64,000 nt of DNA from assembly GCA_964429815.1 (NCBI GenBank), contig CAYSCM010000003.1, positions 1-64,000 of the forward strand. Direction: 5' to 3'. The position numbers were made by a program, and so were the translations under genes. The DNA comes from an uncultured Candidatus Saccharibacteria bacterium. Its GTDB lineage: Bacteria > Patescibacteriota > Minisyncoccia > Phycocordibacterales > CAYSCM01. The notes below the pieces were generated by a model that saw nothing but the letters and a program-made list of their open reading frames with translations, did no database searches and was not told the DNA's origin. The first letter of the stretch is position 1. The number at the start of each line of letters is the position of its first letter. Positions 35,228 to 46,184 of the stretch are shown here, piece by piece.

Positions 35228-35581
35228 ATGCGGCACCACGATCGAAATCGAAAATTGGGACGACGCGACAGCTCACGCCGCGCCCTCCTTCGTTCGCTCG
35301 CGGTATCGCTTATTGAGCACGGCAAAATTACCACGACGGAAGCAAAAGCGAAGGAACTTAGGCCATTCGTGGAGCGCTTGGTGACTCATGGCAAATCTGG
35401 TACGCTTGCATCGCGGCGTCTCACGATCTCTCGGCTTGGAGGCAACGAGAAAGCGACCAAAAAGCTTTTTGAGAGCGTTGCCAAGAAATACGAGGGCCGC
35501 GCGGGTGGTTACACCCGCATCCTGAAGCTGGGAAGCCGCGGAAACGACGCGGCGCCGATGGCGGTCATCGAGTTCGTATAA
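35228..35581 (+). CDS. rplQ: 50S ribosomal protein L17
   Basis: MRHHDRNRKLGR...GKITTTEAKAKELRPFVERL, 117 aa. Confidence 0.95.
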   Translation: MRHHDRNRKLGRRDSSRRALLRSLAVSLIEHGKITTTEAKAKELRPFVERLVTHGKSGTLASRRLTISRLGGNEKATKKLFESVAKKYEGRAGGYTRILKLGSRGNDAAPMAVIEFV

Positions 35582-35584
35582 GCC

Positions 35585-35929
35585 ATGGAAATTATCATTA
35601 ACGCACAGGGGAAAAGGCTCGGGCGTATCGCCTCAGAGGCGGCCCATAAACTCATGGGTAAACATGAGGCGTCTTTCAGTAAACATGCGCCAGTTCCGCA
35701 CCAGGTCAAGGTCATAAACGCCGGCAGGCTCTCTATTTCTGAGAAAGCGCCGAAGCAAAAAACCTACCAGCGTTACAGCGGGTACCCGGGAGGTCTCAAG
35801 ACGCTCACTATGCGCGAATTGGTTGAAAAAAAGGGCTATCCCGAAGTGGTGCGCCTTGCGGTCTACGGCATGCTCCCGCGCAATCGCCAGCGCCCGCTCG
35901 CCATGAAGCGCCTCACGGTCGAGAACTAA
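35585..35929 (+). CDS. rplM: 50S ribosomal protein L13
   Basis: Conserved GKRLGRIAS, YSGYPGG and VYGMLP motifs. 114 aa is short for L13 (usually about 140). Confidence 0.85.
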   Translation: MEIIINAQGKRLGRIASEAAHKLMGKHEASFSKHAPVPHQVKVINAGRLSISEKAPKQKTYQRYSGYPGGLKTLTMRELVEKKGYPEVVRLAVYGMLPRNRQRPLAMKRLTVEN

Positions 35930-35930
35930 T

Positions 35931-36329
35931 ATGACTGACGCAAAATACATCGAAGGAATCGGCCGACGCAAGACCTCTATCGCACGAGTGCGCATTACCC
36001 CCGCAGGAAAGATTAGTGTCGATATCAATGAAAAAGATCTAGCGAACTATTTCCCGGTAAAAGAACTCCAGCATGCGGCTCTTTCACCGATTGAACTTGC
36101 CGCTATTCCACAGAAATTTAAAGTAACCGTTAAGCTTATGGGCGGCGGTATTTCTTCCCAGGCGGAAGCGATGCGTCATGGTGTGGCTCGCGCTCTTGTC
36201 GCCTATGATCCGCAGCTTCGCAAGCTTCTAAAATCCGCCGGTTTCCTCAAACGCGATCCCCGCGCGAAAGAGCGCCGCAAGTTCGGCCTCAAGAAGGCCC
36301 GCCGTGCGCCGCAGTGGTCAAAACGCTAG
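35931..36329 (+). CDS. rpsI: 30S ribosomal protein S9
   Basis: GGG(I/L)SSQAEA...RALV...LRK.G.L.RD.R.KERKK.G...AR...Q.SKR C-terminus. Confidence 0.95.
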   Translation: MTDAKYIEGIGRRKTSIARVRITPAGKISVDINEKDLANYFPVKELQHAALSPIELAAIPQKFKVTVKLMGGGISSQAEAMRHGVARALVAYDPQLRKLLKSAGFLKRDPRAKERRKFGLKKARRAPQWSKR

Positions 36330-36423
36330 CACACAAAGGCTCCTGTCGGTGCCTTTTGTACGCATTGAGAAAAACGTAGCGTTAAGGGGTAGAAATACCC
36401 ACTCTTGCGAGTGGGTATTGCTT

Positions 36424-36750
36424 TCAACTTCCCGAGAGCAAGAATCCTTTGCCAAGCTTCCCATAGGAGTCTGCCGTGGCTGCGCCTTTACGGTAATGGG
36501 GGTAGTCCCACGATGGACCGTCGAGTCTTATGGTGACTTCCACGTGCTCGCCCTTGCCTCGTGAATCAGCTTCAAGGTGCGTCTTGAATGCGTAGGCGAA
36601 TAAAAAGGCGTCGCCAAGCTGTCGCACACCCGTAAATCGGCGTGCAGCAGCTCTGCTGTCGCGTATCTCGAGGTGGGCAAATGCCGAATCTGGCCGGAGC
36701 GTGTAGGCATGGCACACGACCGTAAGTTCCACGTGACGGGTTTTAGACAT
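36424..36750 (-). CDS. hypothetical small protein
   Basis: ORF 36424..36804 (-), likely start MSKTRHVEL. About 108 aa with no confident family; T-fold or YjbQ families considered but unsupported. Confidence 0.4.
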   Translation of the reverse strand: MSKTRHVELTVVCHAYTLRPDSAFAHLEIRDSRAAARRFTGVRQLGDAFLFAYAFKTHLEADSRGKGEHVEVTIRLDGPSWDYPHYRKGAATADSYGKLGKGFLLSGS

Positions 36751-36831
36751 GAATGCTCCTTTCTCTATCCGCACGCACGGTAGCAAAAAGAAAAAATTTG
36801 ACAAGCTTGAATTTTCATCTAGTATTTCTCC

Positions 36832-37365
36832 ATGCCAGATGGGGAAGACGACGTCGTTTTTGACGAAGACGCCTTGCCTGCCGACAATCTCAAGAGACTC
36901 CGCGAAAGGCTGAAGAAAGCGGTGGAAGAGAAGCAGGACTATTTAAATGGTTGGCAGCGGGCGAAAGCCGATTTCGTCAATTTCAAGCGCGACGCCGATG
37001 CCCGAGTGGCAGATTCGCGCCGCTTTGGTGCAGCCGAGGTGATCGAGGAACTTATCCCGCTTCTCGATCAATTTGACATGGCCGCGGCGGCGCCAGGCTG
37101 GAAGGAAGCGCCTGAGGGCTTCCGGAGGGGGATGGAGGGTATACGCCGGGGTCTTCACAAGCTTCTCGAAAATAACGGTGTGGCTTCCTTTAGCCCGACG
37201 GGCGAGTCTTTTAATCCACAGCGACATGAATCTCTCGGCAAAATTGAGGTAGAACGTGAAAGCGAAGATCATACAGTAATGAAGACTCTACAACCTGGCT
37301 ACGAGCAACATGGTAAAATACTTCGTCCGGCAAAGGTCCAGATAGGAGAATACCGCAGCAAATAA
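36832..37365 (+). CDS. grpE: nucleotide exchange factor GrpE
   Basis: Coiled-coil N-terminus (YLNGWQRAKADFVNFKRD). C-terminal beta domain ending in the conserved GY...G..LRPAKV. Confidence 0.9.
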   Translation: MPDGEDDVVFDEDALPADNLKRLRERLKKAVEEKQDYLNGWQRAKADFVNFKRDADARVADSRRFGAAEVIEELIPLLDQFDMAAAAPGWKEAPEGFRRGMEGIRRGLHKLLENNGVASFSPTGESFNPQRHESLGKIEVERESEDHTVMKTLQPGYEQHGKILRPAKVQIGEYRSK

Positions 37366-37381
37366 ATCGTAATAAAATTAT

Positions 37382-39256
37382 ATGGCAAAAATATTGGGAA
37401 TAGATCTCGGAACCACCAACTCGGCGATGGCTATCGTTGAAGGAGGGGAACCGCGTGTTTTGGAAAATAGCGAGGGAGCCCGTACGACCCCGTCGGTGGT
37501 AGCACTATCGAAGACCAGAGAGCGCCTCGCGGGGCTTTTGGCAAAACGCCAAGGCGTGACCAATCCCAAAAATACCGTCTATCAGATAAAGCGTTTTATA
37601 GGGCATAATTTTGACGAGCCTGGTGTCGCCAAAGACCGCGAGAGTGTCCCTTTTGAGACCCGCAAATCCCAAAATGGCGGTCTCGAAGTAAAGATGGGGG
37701 AAGAGTGGTATCGCCCGGAAGAAATTTCGGCGATGATTCTCCAAAAGCTCAAGGCTGATGCTGAGGCGCGCCTTGGCGAGAAAATCACAGAGGCTGTCAT
37801 CACTGTCCCGGCGTACTTTAATGACTCTCAGCGTCAGGCGACCAAGGATGCGGGAAAGATAGCGGGACTTGAGGTAAAGCGCATCATCAACGAGCCAACC
37901 GCCGCAGCTCTCGCCTATGGATTCAACCGCAAGAAAGACGAAAAAATCGTCGTGTTTGATTTCGGGGGCGGGACTTTCGATATCTCCGTCCTTGAGGTCG
38001 GAAATGATGTCATCGAGGTCAAATCGACCGACGGCGACGCACATCTCGGCGGCAAAGACCTCGACCAGAAGATCATCAATTGGCTCGCCGATGAATTCAA
38101 AAGAGAAAGCGGCATCGACGTGCGCACTGACGCCCTCGCGCGGCAACGCCTCGACGAGGCGGCGGAGAAGGCTAAAATCGAGCTCTCGACGGCACTCGAA
38201 ACAGAGGTAAACATTCCCTTTTTGACCTCCGATGCCTCCGGTCCACGTCATCTCCTTATTAAACTGACACGAGCGAAGCTCGAGGAGCTTTCTGCAGAAT
38301 TCGTTGACCGCGCCATGACCATCACGAAGCGCGCGATGGATGCCTCTGCGTTTAAGCTTCCCGATATCAATGAAGTCATTCTGGTAGGAGGCCAGACCCG
38401 AATGCCTGCGCTCCAAAAGGCTGTCGAAGCATTTTTTGGGAAAAAACCGCACATGGGCGTCAATCCCGATGAAGTCGTGGCCATCGGTGCGGCCATTCAG
38501 GGAGGGATTCTCCAGGGTGAAGTCAAGGATGTTCTTCTGCTCGATGTCATCCCTCTTTCTCTTGGCATTGAGACGCTTGGAGGTGTTGCGACCAAACTCA
38601 TCGAGCGCAACACCACCATTCCGACCAGCCGTTCGCAGACCTTTTCAACTGCAGCGGACAACCAAACCTCAGTAGAGATCCATATCGTTCAGGGAGAGCG
38701 AGCGATGGCTGCGGACAACAAATCGCTCGGACGATTTATCCTGGACGGGATTCCACCAGCTCCGCGCGGTACGCCCCAGGTAGAAGTCGGTTTCGATGTA
38801 GATGCAAACGGTATTCTCAGTGTTAAGGCAAAGGATAAGACGAGCGGCAAAGAGCAGTCCATCCGGATAGAAGCGCGCTCGAGTCTCTCAGAGCAAGATA
38901 TCGAGCGCATGAAAAAAGACGCTGAATCGCACGCTGCCGATGACGAAAAGAAAAAAGTGCTCGTGGAGGCGCGCAATATCGCCGATCAGCTTATCTACAC
39001 GTCCGAAAAGGCCCTTAAGGATGCAGGCGATAAGGTTCCGATAAGCATACGACAAGAAATCGAGGGCAAAGTAGGCGATCTTCGTAAAGTGAAAGACGCA
39101 CCGGAGGTCGCTGCCATAAGATCGGCTTCAGAGGCTCTGTCACAGAGTCTTGGGAAAATAGGGGAGGCCATGAAAAGCGCCGAAGGTAGGGAAAGGCCTG
39201 GCTCTGAAGGAGAGGCTCGGGACGCAGACTTCAAAGACAAACCCGATAATTCCTAA
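37382..39256 (+). CDS. dnaK: chaperone DnaK (Hsp70)
   Basis: [18 protein letters not shown], substrate-binding domain, 624 aa. Terminator follows. Confidence 0.97.
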   Translation: MAKILGIDLGTTNSAMAIVEGGEPRVLENSEGARTTPSVVALSKTRERLAGLLAKRQGVTNPKNTVYQIKRFIGHNFDEPGVAKDRESVPFETRKSQNGGLEVKMGEEWYRPEEISAMILQKLKADAEARLGEKITEAVITVPAYFNDSQRQATKDAGKIAGLEVKRIINEPTAAALAYGFNRKKDEKIVVFDFGGGTFDISVLEVGNDVIEVKSTDGDAHLGGKDLDQKIINWLADEFKRESGIDVRTDALARQRLDEAAEKAKIELSTALETEVNIPFLTSDASGPRHLLIKLTRAKLEELSAEFVDRAMTITKRAMDASAFKLPDINEVILVGGQTRMPALQKAVEAFFGKKPHMGVNPDEVVAIGAAIQGGILQGEVKDVLLLDVIPLSLGIETLGGVATKLIERNTTIPTSRSQTFSTAADNQTSVEIHIVQGERAMAADNKSLGRFILDGIPPAPRGTPQVEVGFDVDANGILSVKAKDKTSGKEQSIRIEARSSLSEQDIERMKKDAESHAADDEKKKVLVEARNIADQLIYTSEKALKDAGDKVPISIRQEIEGKVGDLRKVKDAPEVAAIRSASEALSQSLGKIGEAMKSAEGRERPGSEGEARDADFKDKPDNS

Positions 39257-39257
39257 G

Positions 39258-39286
39258 TAAAACCCCGCACGGCGGGGTTTTACGTC
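39258..39286 (+). terminator. rho-independent terminator
   Basis: AAAACCCCGC-ACGGC-GGGGTTTTACG. Confidence 0.8.
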
Positions 39287-39540
39287 AGAGAAGGCCGAGC
39301 GAGTGGCCGAACCGCATGAGCGGCTGCATGATCGACAAAAGAAGTCGATGCCGCAGGTGCGTCGCGATGCGTTCGTAACGATCGGGATCCACACACCTGC
39401 ACTCCTTGAGGATCGCAAACGGCTTCTCACGTTTGTGCTCTCGAAGAGCCGGGCCAAGCGGGGGGCCGTGAGGTCGGTGAGATGATAACATGAGACACTC
39501 CCGCCTTTACTTTCTTCTTCCAAGCTCTATGATACCAAGT

Positions 39541-40596
39541 ATGAGCAAGGACTACTACCACATACTGGGCGTAGAAAAGGGCGCCTCGAAAGAGGAGATC
39601 AAAAAAGCGTTCCACAAGCTCGCGCACAAATATCACCCCGACAAGGGAAGCGGCGATGATGCCAAGTTTAAAGAAATAAGTGAAGCCTACGCCATACTCT
39701 CAGATGACAAGAAGCGGGCCCAGTACGACGCGTACGGCTCTGTGGGAGGCCAAGGTGGGGCCGGGTTCGATTTCTCCGGGTTCCAAGGCTTTGGCGGGCA
39801 GGGGTTTGAGGGCATGGAGTTCGATTTGGGAGATATTTTTAGCGACTTTTTCGGCGGACGGTCCGCGCGGGAGCGCAGAGGGCGTGACATTTCGATAGAC
39901 ATGGCGGTACCTTTTCGGGATTCGATTTTTGGCACGACTCGCAAGGTTCTTTTGACCAAGACCTCTGTCTGCGACCTGTGCGGCGGCTCCGGCGCCAGGA
40001 AGGGTTCCGCCTTGGTTTCTTGCACGACCTGCAACGGCAAGGGCACTATCCGTGAGACCAAAGCGTCCGTGCTTGGGACTTTTTCAACTACGTCGACCTG
40101 CCGTACCTGCAATGGACGCGGAGAGCTCCCAAAAGAAAAATGCGAACGCTGCCATGGGGCAGGTGTGCGTCGCAAGGAAGAGGAGTTTACCATCGTCATT
40201 CCGACCGGCATCGACGACGGCGAAATGATCCGCCTTTCGGGAGCGGGCGAGGCGCTTGTGAGCGGAACCCCAGGGGATCTTTACGTGAAGGTTCACGTGG
40301 AACCCGATCGCCGCTTTCGTAAGGACGGGCAGAATATCCACATGAGACTCCCCATCAAGCTCACGGAGGCACTTCTTGGCGGCAAGCATGACGTGGTCAC
40401 GCTCGACGGCGTTATTACCGTCACCATTCCTTCGGGGATAGGAAGCGGGGAGCTATTACGCGTGCGCGGAAAAGGGGTCCCGTCGGGGAAAAATCGCCGC
40501 GGAGACCTTCTCATAGAGGTGTCTGTTCCCATGCCGGGAAAGCTTCCCCGCAAGGCAGTCGAGCTGATAGAGAAGCTGCGCGACGAGGGGTTGTAG
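39541..40596 (+). CDS. dnaJ: chaperone DnaJ
   Basis: J-domain with HPD (YYHILGV...KYHPDK), G/F-rich linker, four CxxCxGxG zinc-finger repeats, C-terminal domains. Confidence 0.95.
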   Translation: MSKDYYHILGVEKGASKEEIKKAFHKLAHKYHPDKGSGDDAKFKEISEAYAILSDDKKRAQYDAYGSVGGQGGAGFDFSGFQGFGGQGFEGMEFDLGDIFSDFFGGRSARERRGRDISIDMAVPFRDSIFGTTRKVLLTKTSVCDLCGGSGARKGSALVSCTTCNGKGTIRETKASVLGTFSTTSTCRTCNGRGELPKEKCERCHGAGVRRKEEEFTIVIPTGIDDGEMIRLSGAGEALVSGTPGDLYVKVHVEPDRRFRKDGQNIHMRLPIKLTEALLGGKHDVVTLDGVITVTIPSGIGSGELLRVRGKGVPSGKNRRGDLLIEVSVPMPGKLPRKAVELIEKLRDEGL

Positions 40597-40700
40597 GCGA
40601 GACTGCGGCGCTTTGTGGGTAACTTCATTGCAACTTTTGCTTTTTTGTGTTGTTATTCTAAGCGGTACGTTCCGCAACAACCAAAGCAAGGGGTTCAGCA

Positions 40701-41453
40701 ATGACCACACTTCTTTTCCATCACGAGGGCCTCCTCGATGAGGGGGTCCTTCGGGCCGCCGCCGTGCGGCAAGTCGAAGGCTCACGTCTCATCAGTGCAG
40801 CTGCAACCGGCGATCGGAAGGCGATAAGCGCTCTTCACCGCGGCTTCTGGCCGTTCGTGAAGGGTTTCGAAGAAGTGATCGACAAGCGCGGCCGGGAACT
40901 CATTCAGCAGCGCAAGTCGCTCGCCGAGAAGTTTGGACACGAGGTGACACGCGATACGCTTTCTTCGCTCGCGCGTGCCCTCCGGCACATGAAAGCCGAG
41001 GAAGGCTCTCACGCTGCGACCTGGGCTGCCGATGCTCAGAGTCTCAAGATCAAAGACCTCAGCGGTCCGATCGCCGAGGGCGTTCAAGAGCTTCTCGACA
41101 GCGCCTCCAATTCGCAGCTATGGCGCCACTACTCCGTACTTGCGGGGACGGAGTATACCGCGGAAGGACTTTCCGCGCGCCTCTCCCGTCGCTCGCCTGC
41201 ATTCGTGTCGGTTTTTCCAATCAAAAAGTGGCTGTGGGGTGAGGTCCACCTCTCTCCGCACGACCACGGGCCCTCGCATCGGCAGATCGATGAAGATCTG
41301 GCGCGTGCACTGTGTGGTTTTGGCAACGATGAGGAGAGGAAATCGAAACTCGAGGGTGCTATCCTCGAGACCATCACCCTCTTCGGAAAGGCCGCAGACG
41401 ACGTCTACGACCTGTATCTGAAGCCTCGGCCGCGCCTGCGGCTTGCTGCTTGA
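40701..41453 (+). CDS. heme-oxygenase-like fold protein (TenA/PqqC-like family), function unknown
   Basis: All-helical 250-aa protein. GFWPFVKGFEEVI and EEGSHAATWAAD resemble the TenA/PqqC/iron-containing redox enzyme family. Low certainty. Confidence 0.45.
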   Translation: MTTLLFHHEGLLDEGVLRAAAVRQVEGSRLISAAATGDRKAISALHRGFWPFVKGFEEVIDKRGRELIQQRKSLAEKFGHEVTRDTLSSLARALRHMKAEEGSHAATWAADAQSLKIKDLSGPIAEGVQELLDSASNSQLWRHYSVLAGTEYTAEGLSARLSRRSPAFVSVFPIKKWLWGEVHLSPHDHGPSHRQIDEDLARALCGFGNDEERKSKLEGAILETITLFGKAADDVYDLYLKPRPRLRLAA

Positions 41454-41541
41454 GATCTCCTTGCTGAACTCCGCCACGGCCAATGCACTCTGCGTTGGCC
41501 GTTTCTTTTTTGTCTGATAGCCGCGGTACACTTATTCCTAT

Positions 41542-43173
41542 ATGGATCTTCGGGAGATTCTCTTGCTGGTGTTTGGACCAATAAATCTTGTTTTTGCGAC
41601 GCTTGTCTATGTCCACAGCAACAAACGAGCAGTGGTTGCTTTCTACGCCCTCATATCCGTTTTTGCGAGCCTCTGGTCCTTTGCGACCCTCCTCACTGGA
41701 ATACCAAACCTTCCGCTCCGTTTCTTTTCCTATGCTCTCCACGCGCACTATATTTTTGGATACTTAGCGTACCTTTCCTTTTTTTGGTTCGCCCTCTACT
41801 ATCCGCATCGATCTGCCCGGTCACTCCTTTTCCCTCTACTCTTAACCGCCGCTACCTTTGTATTTTTGGCACTCATACCGACCTCGTCCCTCATATACCA
41901 GAGTATTCACTCGGGGAAGGGGATTGCTGATCGTATCGCCTTTAATTTACCTGGTTACGCGGCATTTATTGTCATGCTTTCAGGCGTTTTTTTTGCTGGC
42001 TTACTTATTCTTCTAAGAAAATTTACTCGCACCACCAGGGAGGAGCGGTACCGAGAGTTCGACCCGTATCAAATTTATTTTGCCATTCTGGCGAATTTCA
42101 TCGCCGGGGTGCTGGGGATTACGTTTAATTTGCTTTTTCCGCTATACGGCGATTTCTCGCTTTTTTATGTTAATCCGATTCTTGTGACGTTTGCTCTCAC
42201 TGCCATCGGCATTTACAACCTTCTCAAGTACAACCTCTTCAACGTGAAGGTTATCTTGACAGAGCTCTTTACCATTGCCATCTGGGTAATTTTTTTCCTG
42301 CGTATTGCTATCGCTCCCAGCGCACAAGAGCGAATTGCCAATATAGTTCTCCTTCTCGCGACCATCGTATTTGGTATTTTCCTCATCCGCAGCGTTCTTA
42401 AAGAGGTTCACGCACGCGAAGAGATCGAGCGACTCGCCAAAGACCTCGAAAAAGCAAACGCGCGTTTGCGTGAGCTCGATAAGCTAAAGAGCGAGTTCGT
42501 TTCTATTGCCTCTCATCAATTGCGGAGCCCTATTACGGCCATCCGCGGTTATGCTTCGCTCCTTTTGGAGGGATCCTTCGGCGCTGTTCCCGCTGGGATT
42601 AAGGAAGCGCTGGAGCGTATAGCTGAATCAAGCAAAAATATGGCACTATCGGTCGAAGATTTTCTTAATGTTTCTCGTATCGAGCAAGGAAGGATGAAGT
42701 ACGAGATGAGCGAGTTTGATATGCGCGAAATGGTGGGGGAGGTCGTTGAAGAGCTTCGTCCCGTCATAGAGCAGAAGGGGCTTTCGATCGCCATCAAGCA
42801 AGATCAGGGAACGCACAAGGTGTTAGCGGACCCCGGAAAGATCAAGCAGGTCATCGGAAATCTCATAGATAATTCCGTCAAATATACGCCGAGGGGCTCC
42901 ATCAGCATTGCTGTAGGTGCAGACAACCGGCGCGCCATGGTAATAACGTCTATCTCCGATACGGGGGTAGGTATGTCCAAGGCGACCCTCGGTAAGTTGT
43001 TCGATAAATTCACTCGCGCGGAAAACGCAAACGAGGTGAACGTTATGGGTACCGGGCTCGGGCTTTACGTTGCAAAGCAAATGGTCGAGGCGCATCGCGG
43101 CCGCATCATTGCAACTTCGCCCGGAGAGGGGAAGGGTTCGACCTTTACGGTGGAACTCCCTGCGAAGGGCTAG
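41542..43173 (+). CDS. sensor histidine kinase with polytopic (about 8 TM) sensor domain
   Basis: N-terminal about 290 aa hydrophobic. HisKA H-box SHQLRSPITAIRGY. HATPase N, G1, G2 boxes (GNLIDNSVKYT, DTGVGM, GTGLGLYV). Confidence 0.9.
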   Translation: MDLREILLLVFGPINLVFATLVYVHSNKRAVVAFYALISVFASLWSFATLLTGIPNLPLRFFSYALHAHYIFGYLAYLSFFWFALYYPHRSARSLLFPLLLTAATFVFLALIPTSSLIYQSIHSGKGIADRIAFNLPGYAAFIVMLSGVFFAGLLILLRKFTRTTREERYREFDPYQIYFAILANFIAGVLGITFNLLFPLYGDFSLFYVNPILVTFALTAIGIYNLLKYNLFNVKVILTELFTIAIWVIFFLRIAIAPSAQERIANIVLLLATIVFGIFLIRSVLKEVHAREEIERLAKDLEKANARLRELDKLKSEFVSIASHQLRSPITAIRGYASLLLEGSFGAVPAGIKEALERIAESSKNMALSVEDFLNVSRIEQGRMKYEMSEFDMREMVGEVVEELRPVIEQKGLSIAIKQDQGTHKVLADPGKIKQVIGNLIDNSVKYTPRGSISIAVGADNRRAMVITSISDTGVGMSKATLGKLFDKFTRAENANEVNVMGTGLGLYVAKQMVEAHRGRIIATSPGEGKGSTFTVELPAKG

Positions 43174-43210
43174 CTTCTCGAAAAACCCTTATTTTGCTAG
43201 ACTTTTTCTC

Positions 43211-44155
43211 ATGGCAGTAAAAGAGCGTGCCTTTACTGGTCTCAAACCAACCGGCAACCTCCATTTAGGTAACTATTTTGGCACCCTCAAGCAGGTTCTT
43301 GATACCTATTTGCATTACGAGACATTTTTGTGTGTTGTCGATTACCATGCACTTACAACCGTACGCGACTCATCGGCCTTACAGCGGGACATTGTAGATA
43401 TGGCCCGTGATTATCTTGCCGCGGGTATTGATCCCGAAAAAGCAATCATCTTCCAGCAATCCCAAGTATCAGAGCACACCGAATTGGCGTGGGTTCTTGA
43501 CTGTATCACTCCCGTATCGATGTTACAGTTGGCTCACGCTTACAAAGACGCCATTGCAAACGGCAAGGATGCTGATACAGGTCTTTTCACATACCCGGTA
43601 CTCATGACGGCCGATATAGTCCTTTACGATACCGATGTGGTTCCAGTTGGGGAAGATCAGCGCCAGCACGTGGAGTATGCACGAGACATTGCTGGAAAGT
43701 TTAACCGCACCTTTGGAGAAACATTTAAGGAGCCGCGAGAGCAGATTTTAAAATCAGTAGCTGTTGTCCCGGGTACAGACGGTAGGAAAATGAGTAAAAG
43801 TTATAAAAATACTATTTACATTTCAGCTACCAAAGATCAAATTGCAGAGTCCGTAATGAGTATTATTACAGATTCAAAAGGTGATCGTCCTGAAAATGTG
43901 TATGCCATACATAATCTTTTTAAATCTGAGAAGGAACTGGCCCCCATATACGAAAGCAATCGTGGCAACTATCAGGCATTGAAAAAGGTGCTTATCGAGG
44001 ACATTGATGAGTATTTTGCACCCTTCAGGGAGCGACGGAACGCCATTACCGATACCGAAGTAAAAAAGGTGCTAGCCACGGGCTCAGAGAAAGCACGGGC
44101 AATTGCATCGGCAAAAATGAAAACGGTTCGCGAACGCATCGGCGTAGCGCTATAG
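43211..44155 (+). CDS. trpS: tryptophanyl-tRNA synthetase
   Basis: Class I HIGH variant (TGNLHLGNY) and KMSKS, GEDQRQH motif, about 315 aa. The track ORF 43070.. is an upstream extension. Confidence 0.9.
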   Translation: MAVKERAFTGLKPTGNLHLGNYFGTLKQVLDTYLHYETFLCVVDYHALTTVRDSSALQRDIVDMARDYLAAGIDPEKAIIFQQSQVSEHTELAWVLDCITPVSMLQLAHAYKDAIANGKDADTGLFTYPVLMTADIVLYDTDVVPVGEDQRQHVEYARDIAGKFNRTFGETFKEPREQILKSVAVVPGTDGRKMSKSYKNTIYISATKDQIAESVMSIITDSKGDRPENVYAIHNLFKSEKELAPIYESNRGNYQALKKVLIEDIDEYFAPFRERRNAITDTEVKKVLATGSEKARAIASAKMKTVRERIGVAL

Positions 44156-44158
44156 AAT

Positions 44159-45439
44159 ATGGCACGAACGCTTATACAAAACCTCAAAGAACGCGCAGGG
44201 CAGGAGGTAACCATCGCTGGGTGGATCGATGTACGTCGGGATCAGGGGAAAATGATTTTTTTTAATTTTCGTGACCGCTCTGGGAAAGTACAAGGAGTTG
44301 TGCTCCCGAAAAGCGCGGCGATGGAGGTGGCAAAGGACATTCGCAACGAATTTGTCGTTGAGGCAACTGGGCGTGTAAACATGCGTCCCGAGAAAAATAT
44401 TAATCCTGAGGTGCCAAACGGCGATATCGAGCTTGAGGTTCAGGGTTTAATTCTTCTCTCAAAGGCCGAGGTTCCTTTCGAGCTTAACGCGGACGTGAAT
44501 ATTGATACCTACCTTGATCATCAGCCCTATACGCTACGCAGTGAGAAAGCAAGGCGCGTTTTCAAACTTCAAGAACTCATTATCGAGGGATTCCGGGAAG
44601 GAATGCGGAGGCAAGATTTCACTGAATTTCAGGCACCAGCCCTTGCGGGAGCTGATGCGGAGGGCGGCGCAGCGGCCTTTGAAGTGTCGTACTACTACGA
44701 CCGCAAAGCCTACCTGGCAACGTCACCGCAACTCTATAAGCAAATAATGGTCGGCGTGTTCGAGAGAGCTTTTGCGACTCCAAAGGTATTTCGTGGTGAA
44801 AAGCACGCAACGACGCGGCATCTTTCCGAGTATAGCTCTATGGATTTTGAAATGGGCTTTATAAAGGATCACACCGAGGTCATGGCAGCTCTTGAGAACA
44901 CCATGCGACACATCGTTCATAAATCCGGCCTCCCGGTGATGCTTCCGACTGCTTTTCCCATACTCAAGTTACGAGAGGCCCAAAAGATTCTGGGAGTATC
45001 CATGGAGGCACCCGATCTTGAGCCAGAACACGAGCGCGCTCTGTGTGAATGGGCCTCCAAAGAACATGGCTCCGACTTTATTTTTGTCACGCACTATCCG
45101 ATGAGTAAGCGTCCCTTCTATACCTACGAGGACGAGAGTGACCCTGGTTACTCAAAAAGTTTTGATCTACTATTTCGTGGCCTTGAAATCTCTACAGGCG
45201 GACAACGTATCCACCACTACGATGAGTTGATTGAGAAGGTGAGGGCACGGGGCCTCGATCCAGAGAAATTTGGCTTTTACCTGGAAGCCTTTAGGGTTGG
45301 CATGCCCCCTCATGGTGGTTCTGCTACAGGTCTTGAGCGCTTAACGGCGCGAATGCTTAATCTTCCAAACGTCAAAGAAGCGACGCTCTTTCCGCGCGAT
45401 CTTACAAGAATCGACCGCCTCCTCTCACAGGGGGAGTAG
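44159..45439 (+). CDS. aspS: aspartyl-tRNA synthetase, short archaeal/eukaryal-type (probably non-discriminating)
   Basis: OB-fold N-terminus. Class II motifs: QSPQ-type LATSPQLYKQ, motif 3 GMPPHGGSATGLERL. 426 aa without the bacterial GAD insertion. Confidence 0.8.
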   Translation: MARTLIQNLKERAGQEVTIAGWIDVRRDQGKMIFFNFRDRSGKVQGVVLPKSAAMEVAKDIRNEFVVEATGRVNMRPEKNINPEVPNGDIELEVQGLILLSKAEVPFELNADVNIDTYLDHQPYTLRSEKARRVFKLQELIIEGFREGMRRQDFTEFQAPALAGADAEGGAAAFEVSYYYDRKAYLATSPQLYKQIMVGVFERAFATPKVFRGEKHATTRHLSEYSSMDFEMGFIKDHTEVMAALENTMRHIVHKSGLPVMLPTAFPILKLREAQKILGVSMEAPDLEPEHERALCEWASKEHGSDFIFVTHYPMSKRPFYTYEDESDPGYSKSFDLLFRGLEISTGGQRIHHYDELIEKVRARGLDPEKFGFYLEAFRVGMPPHGGSATGLERLTARMLNLPNVKEATLFPRDLTRIDRLLSQGE

Positions 45440-45440
45440 T

Positions 45441-46163
45441 ATGGCCTTTGTTGCAAAAACCTCGAGCTTCGAAGGACCCCTTGACTTGCTCCTTTCGCTC
45501 ATAGAAAAGCGAAAACTTCTTATCAATGAGATCTCGCTTGCCAAGGTCGCAGATGATTTTATCGTCTACGTCCAGTCCCATCGGGAATTTCCACTCGGTG
45601 AAACCGCACACTTCATTCTTATCGCGTCGACTCTTCTCCTCATAAAATCAAAATCGCTTCTTCCGAACCTCGAGCTTTCTGTGGAGGAATCCGCCGATGT
45701 CGCCTCGCTTGAGAAGCGCCTGCGCGCTTATCAGCGCATCAAAGAGCTTAGCCATGCCATCGCGACTCGATACGGAGCAAAGCCGCTCTACCCGCGCACG
45801 GTGTATCTCGACAGGGCGGTCGTTTTCGCACCCGACCGTCGCACCTCCGGAACATTCATGCTCGAGAGCGTCCGCAACGTTCTCAAGGCGCTCCCAGTGC
45901 TCGTCGAACTTCCCAAAGCTATTGTTAAAAAAGTCGTGAGTCTTGAGGAGATGATAGAGCGGCTTGGAAAACGTATTTCGGATTCACTCCAGCTTTCTTT
46001 CAGGGAATTTGCCGAAGTGGGGAAGGTTGAAAAAGTGAATGTCATCGTGAGCTTCCTTGCCTTGCTTGAACTCGTCAAGCAGGGGACGATCTCGGTCTTG
46101 CAGGATGAGCATTTCGAAGACATAGCCATCGCGTCGGGAGTGGTCGGGACGCCAAAATATTGA
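45441..46163 (+). CDS. scpA: segregation and condensation protein A
   Basis: N-terminal FEGPLDLLLSLIEKRKLLINEISLAKVADDF signature of ScpA (kleisin), 240 aa. Confidence 0.85.
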   Translation: MAFVAKTSSFEGPLDLLLSLIEKRKLLINEISLAKVADDFIVYVQSHREFPLGETAHFILIASTLLLIKSKSLLPNLELSVEESADVASLEKRLRAYQRIKELSHAIATRYGAKPLYPRTVYLDRAVVFAPDRRTSGTFMLESVRNVLKALPVLVELPKAIVKKVVSLEEMIERLGKRISDSLQLSFREFAEVGKVEKVNVIVSFLALLELVKQGTISVLQDEHFEDIAIASGVVGTPKY

Positions 46164-46184
46164 TACATAAACGAAAAGGGGCGC

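Noticed and set aside
36424-36750. T-fold (FolB/QueD) or YjbQ-family assignment for the small - strand ORF after rpsI
   Set aside because: No CxxxHGH (QueD) motif, no FolB catalytic Glu/Lys pattern and no YjbQ signature could be aligned.
37505-38452. 315-aa - strand ORF
   Set aside because: Antisense to the middle of dnaK.
39287-39540. 250-nt gap between the dnaK terminator and dnaJ, with 60–68-aa ORFs on both strands
   Set aside because: The ORFs lack start context, motifs or hydrophobic segments. The gap most likely holds the dnaJ promoter/5' UTR, so no feature was called.
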